Shown here in pieces: positions 52,742-63,082 of a DNA stretch of 64,000 nt. The translations under genes and the position numbers were made by a program. The stretch covers positions 1-64,000 of the forward strand of contig MCFE01000471.1 of assembly GCA_002104905.1 (NCBI GenBank), written 5' to 3'. The notes under the pieces were generated by a model. It was not told where the DNA came from. It made no database searches and saw nothing but the letters and a program-made list of their open reading frames with translations. Position 1 is the stretch's first letter, and each line of letters begins with the position of its first letter. The DNA comes from Basidiobolus meristosporus CBS 931.73 (Eukaryota; Fungi; Basidiobolomycota).

Positions 52742-55700
52742 GGTTATGAGCCCCAAGCTGTCACTCTCTGCAATGTCTACTACTGCTATTACTGGAATTT
52801 TTCCCTCTGCTGAAAAGTTGGATGGATCCAACTACCAAGTGTGGAAGGTGAAGATGAAGATGCTGCTACAAGAAAGAGGCCTTTGGGATATTGTCATGGG
52901 AGAAGAATGCCCTCCTAAAAACGTGGGAGAGGAAGCCTTAAAGTACCAGAAGAAAGAACAAAGTGCCTTTAACTGCATTTGCCTTAATGTCAAGGACAAA
53001 TTGCTAATTCAATGCTCAAGAGCAAAAACGGCAAAGAATGCCTGGAAGGCATTAGAAGACACCTACCAGTCATGTTCAGCTGCCAAGAAAATGTATCTGA
53101 GAAGAAAATTCTTTACTACAAAGATGCTGCCAGGAGAAGAAATGAAAAATCTAATTAACAGAATTACCCTGCTGGTAGATGAGATGGAATCTGTGGGCGT
53201 ACCAACTACTGATGAGGATGTGATAGTTACCATCCTGAATAGCCTGAGAGACGAGTTTCAGGGCCTTGTATCAGCCCTAGAGTCCAGAACTGAAGATTTG
53301 ACCTTAAGTTACGTATATGGAAGGCTCCTGGATGAAGAATTAAGAAAATCAAGCGCCAATAAGAAGGAAGAAGAAAATGCTTTAATAAGCAATGATAACC
53401 AACAAAGGAGGTACCCAAGACCCTACAAAGGCAACAACAACCTATTTTGCAACTACTGCAAAAGGAAAGGACACACATCAGACCGGTGTTTCACAAAGAG
53501 AGATTATCAGCAAAAGAAGCCTGAATATGGAAATGCTGCAACAACTGAAGATAGACTATTCATATCTGCACTAAATATGACCACAAACAAGGATTCTCAG
53601 ACGTGGTATATTGACTCTGGAGCTTCTCAACACTTTATACACCAAAAAGAACTTTTTACCCAATATCAAGAAATTCCAATTAAGAAGGTTTTCATGGGTG
53701 ACGATAGAACACTTGATGCAGTGGGAGAAGGAACTATCCAAGTAAACCTTAGAAGCAGTGAAGGAAGCCATACACTGACCTTTAAAGAAGTACTCTATGT
53801 ACCAGAAATAGCCAAGAACCTACTCTCTGTAAGCAAGGCCACAGCAGAAGAACTCAGTTTCAGTTTTGACAATTCTGGATGCAGGATCACTGATCAAAAT
53901 GGTGCCCATATTGCTTCAGGCATCAGAGATCAGAATCTATACAAGTTGACTTATATTCCATCATATCTGGAAGCCAATATAAGTAACTTAAATGAAGAAA
54001 CACCAATGCATTGGCACAGGAGATTTGGACACATCAATTTTGATTATTTGCGTAAAATGATCAAAGATCAGCTAATTTCTGGAGTGAAAATTGATCCCCC
54101 AGCTAATTTGGAGCACTGTGAAGCCTGCATATATGGGAAACAAGCCAGACAACCGTTCAAGAGCTCTGGGTTAATCAAAACTAAAAAAAAATTAGATCTA
54201 ATTCACTCAGATCTGTGTGGACCTATGCAAAATTTATCCTTAGGCGGGATGAAGTATTTAATCACTTTTATTGATGATTATACAAGATACACATGGGTCT
54301 ACTTCATGGAGAGAAAGGAAGAAGCTCTGTCTAAGTTCAGGGAGTTTAAAGCCATGGTGGAGAGAGAAACTGGTGAAAAAATCAAGAAAATACGCTCTGA
54401 CAATGGTGGAGAATATACATCAAAACTCTTCATCCACTTCTGCAAAATCCATGGGATAAAGCAAGAGACTACTGTACCATACTCCCCACAGCAAAATGGA
54501 GTAGCAGAACGAGCTAACAGATCAATAATTGATATGGCAAGATCTATGATCCATGATCAAAAATTATCCTATGATTTTTGGGCAGAATCAGTTGCCACTG
54601 CTGTATACCTTAGAAATAGGAGTTATAACAGAATACTTCGTGATTCTACTCCACTTGAAGCATGGTATGGATATAGACCAAGTGCAGAACATCTAAGAAT
54701 ATTTGGGTGTACAGCATATGCCAAAAAACTGGCCGGAAATCAGTCAAAATTTGAGCCAAAAAGTGTAAAATGCATATTTTTGGGCTACTGCAATGAGAGT
54801 AAGGCATACAGACTCTACAATACCGGAGCAAAGAAGCTGATCAAGTCCAGGGATGTGTTGTTTGATGAAAATTCAAAATTTTCACAAAAAATGACATCAG
54901 ATGATGACAAAAATTTGATCTCAAGTCCACCAATTGTCAGGATTGAATCAGAGCAAAACAATGAAAATTTTTTCACTCCAGAGGACTCTACAACCATGGT
55001 TCAGCCAGAATCAGTGCCCAGGAATATCCCAGAAGTGATCATTCCAGTGTTAAATGCCCGGAGATCCAATTGGACTAGAAATAGCCCAAATTACTATATC
55101 AATGAGGGTACAAACTTAGCCTATGCCTATTCAGTCCATATTGATGAACCCCAGACTGTAAAAGAGGCCCTAAATAGCCCTCAGACAAAGTTTTGGAGAT
55201 CTGCAATGACTGAGGAATATCAGGCCCTGATGGAAAATCAAACTTGGGACTTAGTCAAATTACCAATCAACCAAAAATCAATTGGATGCAGATGGGTCTT
55301 TAAGACAAAATACAAGGCTGATGGTACAATTGAAAGATACAAAGCAAGACTTGTAGCCAAAGGATACTCTCAAACAAAAGGACTTGACTATACTGAGACC
55401 TTTGCACCGGTAGCCAAGTTTAATTCCATCAGATTAATATTGGCTATTGCAGCCAAATATAAGTTTTTTATTCATCAAATGGATGTAAAAACTGCATTTT
55501 TGAATGGAGAACTTGATGAGGACGTGTATATGGACCAGCCTGATGGGTTTGTTGACCAAGATAACCCTCATTTGGTCTGCAAACTTAAAAGTCACTATAT
55601 GGTCTCAAACAATCACCGAGAGCCTGGAATTGCAAGATAGATTCTTATTTGGAATCTTTGAGTTTCAAAAGGAGTAATGCTGACTATAGTATATACTATA

Positions 55701-56347
55701 AGCCAGATAGAGCAAATCCAGTTCTATTAGCTCTATATGTGGATGATCTTATTATAGCCACCTATAACCTAGAAACATTGGAAGAGACTAAATCCAGCCT
55801 ATCTAAGGAGTTCAAGATGTCCAATCTAGGAGAACTTAGTTACTACTTAGGGATTAAGTTCTCCATAGACAGAAGTACCCAGACTATTACCCTAAGCCAA
55901 TCCAAGTATATTCAAGATATACTAAAGAAGTACAAAATGGAAGACTGTAAACCGGCAGCTACCCCAATGGAGACAAACCTTAACTTGGTCAAAACTCAAC
56001 CAAATCAAGAGAGCTTGGTGCCATCTGAAAGCCCTGACTTTCCTTATCAATCTATGGTCGGCAGTCTGATGTATATCATGCTTGGAACACGTCCAGATAT
56101 CTCATATTCAGTGGGAGTTGTCAGCCAACATAATCAGAATTATGGATCTGATCATATTGCAGCAGTTAAGCGGATTTTTAGATACCTAAAAGGAACTGCT
56201 GATATCTGCTTAAGATACACTTATAAGGATTCAGAACAGCATCTTGTGGGATACTCTGATGCTGATTGGGGACAAAATCTAGAAGACAGAAGATCCACCA
56301 CAGGATACACCTTTCTTTACTGTAAAGGAGCCATTTCATGGAATTCC
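52411..56347 (+). mobile_element. Copia-4: youngest Copia copy, 3'-truncated in RNase H by the LINE
   Basis: LTR 52411-52741, PBS GGTTATGAGCCC (52742-52753). Gag-PR-IN-RT is open from 52746 to ~55590, with one -1 A deletion before SLYGLKQ; RT/RNase H continues 55649-56350 (ALYVDDL, YSDADW). Confidence 0.95.
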
Positions 56348-56350
56348 TAA
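52746..56350 (+). pseudogene. Copia-4 gag-pol (one frameshift, truncated)
   Basis: CNYCKRKGHTSDRC knuckle, YIDSGAS protease, WHRRFGH, integrase HSDL/DNGGEY/NGVAERANR, RT motifs. Confidence 0.92.
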
Positions 56351-59285
56351 ATTTCCCTCCTTGCTGACTTAAGTGATGCACCATTTGAAGAGCTCTGGGA
56401 CTCTGCAGGTCACATTGTTAATGCTGCCTCTGAAGAAGCTACAACCTCTGCCTGACTACCTGAAGTTCTGTTGCTTAACTGCAACAGCATACAGCCATCA
56501 AGACCAACTCTAGAGAGACTTCTTTCTAGATTTTCCCTCCTGTGTTTGATTGATGTCCAGCTACCCTCTATACTTTTGACTAATCTATATTGCTTTTCTA
56601 CTCCTAGAACAAAGAATACCTCCTCTATCTGCTTCATCTCTTCTACCATCAATACTCCTCAGCTCTGTGTTCCTCTTTACTCCCCTTACTGTGCTGCTCT
56701 CCAGTTGCCAACTATCAGTCTGGTGCTCTGCTATCTGCCTCCAAGTCTAGCCCTTCAGGAAGTGCAAGTTATATGCCAGAAGGTTCAGTAATACCAACAA
56801 TCTATATCAACACCTGTTATCTTGCTTGGAGATCTCAACATTCCCCATCCTGAGAACAAGACTACTCTGACTGCAAGAATGAAGCCAAGGTCTACATTCC
56901 TACTGAACTTCCTGAGAGAAAGCCACCTGCTAGCACTAGGTGCTCAATCTGAGAAAAGATGTGTTGACTGGATCTGCCCTTCTGCTGCTGCCCTCTACTT
57001 TGTGAATGAAGTTAAGCAATTCTCTGGAGCTGAGCTAGGATCCTTGAGAGCCTCTGACCACCCAGCCTGGTCCCTTTCTATGCAACCAGTTGTGAAGAAG
57101 AAGCTGCCAAAACTTACTGTGCTCACCCACAAAGCTACCAAAAATCAGAAGAAAGACTTTGGGAACTACTTGAAGCTTGCCAGTTTGCTACTTTCTCTGC
57201 CAGATGATCTCAACTTTGCCTGGCTCTTTGTGAAGCATCTGATTCTGGTGTCTGCCTCCCTCTCACTGCCATGCAAGACTACTGCTCTTACCTCAAGAAA
57301 ATGGGAATCCATTGTTTCAGCCCTGCAACAAAGCTACCTGAGCTTCCCTAACCCAAAAACAGAGAAACTCCTCCTGACAGCAATCCACCACTCCAAGGCA
57401 ATTCACCACACTCTGCATACTCAGCTCTGGGATCATATTATGAGTTCCTTGCCTCTGCAATCTTCCAACTCTATAACAAGAACAGTATCAAGCCTCTACA
57501 GGGCAATGAGGCCCTCTTCCAGGAAGTTACCTTCAACAGAACAGCTGGCTAACATCTTCTTCTCTACAAAGCAGTACTCAACTCCTGGCTTTCATCCTGA
57601 CTTCAAGACTCTGCCCATCCCACTTGCACTTGATCAAAGGAGAATCCATAATGTGCTCAAGAGGCTTCCCAACTCTACTGCTCCAGGTGTGGACACAATC
57701 TCCTATGAGCTTCTGAAGACTAGTACCAAGGCCATGTCTGCACTTCTGCTTCCACTGTTTCAGCAATGCTCAGCCCAGCTTTCTACTCCTGAGGAATGGT
57801 CCTTTGCAAATGTTCTGCCACTGTACAAGGGTAAAGGAAAGCACCTGGATCCTAGCTCCTACAGGCCAATATCTCTGCTGCCCACCTGCAGAAAGGTGTT
57901 TGAGCTTCTGCTTGCTCAGGAGCTCTACTCTGACTCTCTCAAGTTTCATCCTGCACAGTTTGGCTTTGTTCCTGGCCTCTCCTTGGAATATGCAGTCATA
58001 CTTAGCCAAGATCACTCTCTCCAGTGCAAGTATCCCTCTGTTCTGTTTGATATTACTAAGGCCTTTGATTCAGTTGACAGAAATCTGCTTTGGTCCAAGT
58101 TGCAATGCTTCTCCAGTACCTCTCTCACCCTCCTTGTCAGGTCTCTGTTTCTGGATCCACAAGCAAGAATTCTGCACCCAAGTGAGCAATCATCTGTGTT
58201 CTCAGTTCCTAATGGAGTGGTTCAAGGCTCTGTGCTTGGTCCTATACTGTTTGCCATCTTCCTGAATGATTTCCCAAGACTCTCAGCTGACTGCCTGGTT
58301 ACTCTCTTTGCTGATGACATCAGAATATCCTCCTCCAATGTGCAACAAGACTCCCAGACCATCCACCAGTATCTGCAGAAGAATAATCTCCAGCTTTCCA
58401 TTGCAAAGACAGTACCTTTGGGCTCTCCCATCAACTTGGAGAACTCCACTCTACCTGCTCAGGTTTCTGCTACATATCTTGGCTTTCCTTTCCTTCCTAC
58501 TGGACTAGACTCTGGAGCACACCTGAAGAAGAGAATTATCCTGGCAAGACAGGCACTCCACAAGCTACTGGCTGTTACTCCTCCTACAACTTCAGCTCCC
58601 AGCTGCCTCCTTCTACTCAAGCAGTTTGTCTTCCCTGTCCTGGAATTTGGCTTACCACTTCTCTCTCTTACTTCTAGAGACTGCACTAAGCTTGACAAGT
58701 TTGCAGTATGGTGCATTACCTCCTTGGTGCCTCATTTGCCTGAATGCCCCTACAGACATGCTATTCTTGGTGCTTTTGGGTTTATGCCCTATAAGATCAG
58801 ACTTCTCTACCTTAGAACCAGATTATACCTCAGACTTCACAACTGCAACAACCCACTGATTAAGGCCTGGAAGAGAACACACCACACAACACCTGGCTCC
58901 TGCTGGAGAACTATACTTGGAGATCCTGAAGTCAAGAAGTTTGCTCACTATATTCTGCAGTCAGAAAAACCCAAGCTGGCCTACCTGAAGTACTTGACAG
59001 ACCTTTGGCAGCAATATCTGCAGCAGCACACTCCCTTTATGATGAATATCAATCCTTATCACATTCCCCTCATTAATGTTGTTCACAAGTCATTCTTACC
59101 TCTCTTGCTACCCCCCTTCCCACTGAACAGTGTCTTGAGCACTGAAGAACTATCATCACTTCTTATTAACTTACCTACAAATTCCCCTCAGCTACACACT
59201 CTTGTATCAAAGCTACAACAGTAGCGCTGGCTTCTTTGTTTCAACTGAAATAAAGATTTCACCTGTTGGTGACTGTCTCCCCCCC
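56348..59285 (+). mobile_element. LINE copy 1 (APE endonuclease + RT), 5'-truncated within ORF1
   Basis: Contains the ORF1 tail, ORF2 and a 3' UTR ending AATAAAGATTTCACC-TGTT-GGTGACTGTCT-C7; three further copies in the window. Confidence 0.92.
56456..59224 (+). CDS. LINE ORF2: APE endonuclease + reverse transcriptase (about 922 codons, one internal TAA at 56789-56791 in this copy)
   Basis: EN motifs LLLNCNS, CYLPP, LGDLN, VDWI, SDH; RT motifs APGVDTI, YRPISLL, QFGF, DITKAFDSV, GVVQGSVLGP, FADD. ORFs 56471-56791 and 56822-59224 are in the same frame. Confidence 0.9.
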
Positions 59286-59292
59286 TAACCAA

Positions 59293-59812
59293 GAACACTT
59301 AGCCTTGTGGTTATCCCTAACCCTTCCATACCCATGGTTGTGGGTTCAAATCCTGGATCCAACAAAATTTGATCAATAAATTGATGTGTGCTCATTGGGA
59401 GATGGTTGACCAACCACTGGGCAAAGTAAAGGCTCTGATTGGCTGAAATCCTTGAAATGCTAATTGGCCAGATTTGCCTAGTAAATTTGGCCAGTGATCA
59501 CCCAGAAATTCCTCTCAGTTCCCCCAGTCTACTGGCCATTCCGGCCACAATTCAGCTACCGCAAACCAGTATAACTTAGCTCAGATATATTCAGATTCTC
59601 ACTTCTCAGGCCTGGCTTTCCAGGAAACCACTCTCAGACCTAGCTAACTAGGAAATATAGTACCATTCAGCTTCTCAACTCTCAGATCTGGCTTACCAGG
59701 AAGATATCTGTCAGACCTAGCTTTCTAGGAATAACTTCAGATTAACTTGGCTTCTTTAGATACTTGTCATAAGTAAATAAAGATTTCACCACTTGGTGAC
59801 TTTCCTCCCCCC
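59293..59812 (+). mobile_element. tRNA-derived SINE sharing its 3' tail with the LINE
   Basis: A-box-like TAGCCTTGTGG (59300) and B-box GGTTCAAATCC (~59343) at tRNA spacing; no TTTT run in the body; ends GGCTTCTTT...AAATAAAGATTTCACC-ACTT-GGTGACTTTCCT-C6. A second partial copy lies at 61026-61136. Confidence 0.75.
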
Positions 59813-59818
59813 TAAATT

Positions 59819-60226
59819 TGTTGAGACACACACTAAACCAAAAGGTTCAGTAATATTTATTTATATTTTTCTGATCAAGTTGAATTAGTAAGCACCAAGA
59901 GACTGGACTAATTGAAATCTAATTGGGTGTTGAAAGTGCATAAGATAAATGAGAAATTGCATCATTAATCAGCTGATGTCTTGGCAACTACTAAGTGGTT
60001 GGATGGATCTCCAATGACTAATCCTTTGGAAAGGCTTAGCAGATCAGCTAAGGATGTAATGACCACTTGAAAATTGATCAGGTGTGACAGCTAAAAATAG
60101 ATTCTGAGAGGTGATAACATAAACCATAACAGGGATTACTTATGTTTGGGTTAAGGAAAATCAGTTAGGGTACTAGATTTTCTAACGGAGTAAAATTGGC
60201 TAAGTTTTAAATGTTGATGCACAACA
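59819..60226. repeat. Possible solo LTR of another family
   Basis: Bounded by TGTTG...CAACA, AT-rich, non-coding; no TSD and no second copy in the window. Confidence 0.4.
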
Positions 60227-61023
60227 CCTTTCCTTCCTACTGGACTAGACTTTGGAGCACACCTGAAGAAGAGAATTATCCTGGCAAGACAGGCACTCCA
60301 CAAGCTACTGGCTGTAACTCCTCCTACAACCTCAGCTCCCAGCTGCCTCCTACTACTCAAGCAGTTTGTCTTCCCTGTCCTGGAATTTGCTTACCACTTC
60401 TCTCTCTTACTTCTAGAGACTACACTAAGCTTGACATGTTTGCAGTCTGGTGCATTACATCCCTGGTACCTCATCTGCCTGAATGCCCCTACAGACATGC
60501 TATTCTTGGTGCTTTTGGGTTTATGCCCTATAAGATCAGACTTCTCTACCTTAGAACCAGATTGTATCTCAGACTTCACCACTGCAACAACCCATTAATC
60601 AAGGCCTGGAAGAGAACACACCACACTACACCTGGCTCCTGCTGGAGAACTATACTTGGAGATCCTGAAGTCAAGAAGTTTGCTCACTGTATTCTGCAGT
60701 CAGAAAAACCCAAGCTGGCCTTCCTGAAGTACTTAACAGACCTTTGGCAGCAATATCTGAAGCAGCACACTCCCTTTATGATGAGTATGAATCCTTATCA
60801 CATTCCCCTTATCAATGTTGTTCACAAATGATTCTTACCTCTCTTGCTACCCCCCTTCCCACTGAACAGTGTCTTGAGTACAGAAGAACTATCATCTCTC
60901 CTTATTTACTTACCTACAAATTCCCCTCTGCTACACACTCCTGTATCAAAGCTACAAAAGTAGTGCTGGCTTCTTTGTTTCAACTGAAATAAAGATTTCA
61001 CCTGTTGGTGACTGTCTCCCCCC
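60227..61023 (+). mobile_element. LINE copy 2, 5'-truncated, intact 3' end, more mutated
   Basis: Matches 58487-59285; ends with the same hairpin plus C6. Confidence 0.92.
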
Positions 61024-61025
61024 TA

Positions 61026-61136
61026 CCTCCAGCCACAATACTGCTACCTTAAACCAGTACAACTCACCAGAGTTATACTCAAATTCTCACCTCTCAGGCC
61101 TGGCTTTCCCTAGCTTACTAGGTATAACCTCAGTTT
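61026..61136 (+). mobile_element. Internal fragment of the SINE
   Basis: Matches 59540-59660 (GCCACAAT...AAACCAGTA...ATTCTCAC.TCTCAGGCCTGGCTTTCC...CTAGCT.ACTAGG). Confidence 0.75.
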
Positions 61137-61268
61137 TGTTGTAAGAGTCTTGGAGATATTGGAAGTGATTGGGAGAACAGGTAGATTATGTGGTTTTCAC
61201 TTAATGATTTATTGAATGTAAAAGTAGTATTTATACTTTTACATGGTCTTGGCATTACAAATACTTAG
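61137..61268 (-). repeat. 3' part of a Copia-3/4-family LTR, truncated by LINE copy 3
   Basis: Matches 29707-~29838. Confidence 0.88.
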
Positions 61269-61273
61269 GGTTA

Positions 61274-63082
61274 GGGGGGGAGACAGTCACCAACCGGTGA
61301 AATCTTTATTTCAGTTGAAACAAAGAAGCCAGCGCTACTGTTGTAGCTTTGATACAAGAGTGTGTAGCTGAGGGGAATTTGTAGGTAAGTTAATAAGAAG
61401 TAATGATAGTTCTTCAGTGCTCAAGACACTGTTCAGTGGGATGGGGGGTAGCAAGAGAGGTAGGAATGACTTGTGAACAACATTAATGAGGGGAATGTGA
61501 TAAGGATTGATATTCATCATAAAGGGAGTGTGCTGCTGCAGATATTGCTGCCAAAGGTCTGTCAAGTACTTCAGGTAGGCCAGCTTGGGTTTTTCTGACT
61601 GCAGAATAAATTCAGCAAACTTCTTGACTTCAGGATCTCCAAGTATAGTTCTCCAGCAGGAGCCAGGTGTAGTGTGGTGTGTTCTCTTCCAGGCCTTAAT
61701 CAGTGGGTTGTTGCAGTTGTGAAGTCTGAGGTATAATCTGGTTCTAAGGTAGAGAAGTCTGATCTTATAGGGCATAAACCCAAAAGCACCAAGAATAGCA
61801 TGTCTGTAGGGGCATTCAGGCAAATGAGGCACCAAGGAGGTAATGCACCATACTGCAAACTTGTCAAGCTTAGTGCAGTCTCTAGAAGTAAGAGAGAGAA
61901 GTGGTAAGCCAAATTCCAGGACAGGGAAGACAAACTGCTTGAGTAGAAGGAGGCAGCTGGGAGCTGAAGTTGTGGGAGGAGTAACAGCCAGTAGCTTGTG
62001 GAGTGCCTGTCTTGCCAGGATAATTCTCTTCTTCAGGTGTGCTCCAGAGTCTAGTCCAGTAGGAAGGAAAGGAAAGCCAAGATATGTAGCAGAAACCTGA
62101 GCAGGTAGAGTGGAGTTCTCCAAGTTGATGGGAGAGCCCAAAGGTACTGTCTTTGCAATGGAAAGCTGGAGATTATTCTTCTGCAGATACTGGTGGATGG
62201 TCTGAGAGTCTTGTTGCACATTGGAGGAGGATATTCTGATGTCATCAGCAAAGAGAGTAACCAGGCAGTCAGCTGAGAGTCTTGGGAAATCATTCAGGAA
62301 GATGGCAAACAGTATAAGACCAAGCACAGAGCCTTGAACCACTCCATTAGGAACTGAGAACACAGCTGATTGCTCACTTGGGTGCAGAATTCTTGCTTGT
62401 GGATCCAGAAACAGAGACCTGACAAGGAGGGTGAGAGAGGTACTGGAGAAGCATTGCAACTTGGACCAAAGCAGATTTCTGTCAACTGAATCAAAGGCCT
62501 TAGTAATATCAAACAGAACAGAGGGATACTTGCACTGGAGAAAGTGATCTTGGCTAAGTATGACTGCATATTCCAAGGAGAGGCCAGGAACAAAGCCAAA
62601 CTGTGCAGGATGAAACTTGAGGGAGTCAGAGTAGAGCTCCTGAGCAAGCAGAAGCTCAAACACCTTTCTGCAGGTGGGCAGCAGAGATATTGGCCTGTAG
62701 GAGCTAGGATCCAGGTGCTTTCCTTTACCCTTGTACAGTGGCAGAACATTTGCAAAGGACCATTCCTCAGGAGTAGAAAGCTGGGCTGAGCATTGCTGAA
62801 ACAGTGGAAGCAGAAGTGCAGACATGGCCTTGGTACTAGTCTTCAGAAGCTCATAAGAGATTGTGTCCACACCTGGAGCAGTAGAGTTGGGAAGCCTCTT
62901 GAGCACATTATGGATTCTCCTTTGATCAAGTGCAAGTGGGATGGGCAGAGTTGTGAAGTCAGGATGAAAGCCAGGAGTTGGTACTGCTTTGTAGAGAAGA
63001 AGATGTTAGCCAGCTGTTCTGTTGAAGGTAACTTCCTGGAAGAGGCCTCATTGCCTGTAGAGTCTTGATACTGTTCTTGTTA
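61274..63082 (-). mobile_element. LINE copy 3, 5'-truncated, RT frame intact (61335-62906)
   Basis: Near-identical inverted copy of 57475-59285; the 3' end appears as G7 at 61274-61280. Confidence 0.93.

Noticed and set aside
52614-52745. Gag-pol ORF extending upstream through the LTR and an in-frame ATG inside the PBS
   Set aside because: The extension lies partly upstream of the LTR TATA box. The PBS ATG is simply the anticodon complement and hits a stop in Copia-1, so it is not conserved.
61265-61280. TTAGGGTTAGGG as a true interstitial telomere from chromosome healing
   Set aside because: Only two units, and the LTR consensus here (TAGAATAGGTTAAGG) can supply most of the bases. Kept only as part of the 3'-end finding.
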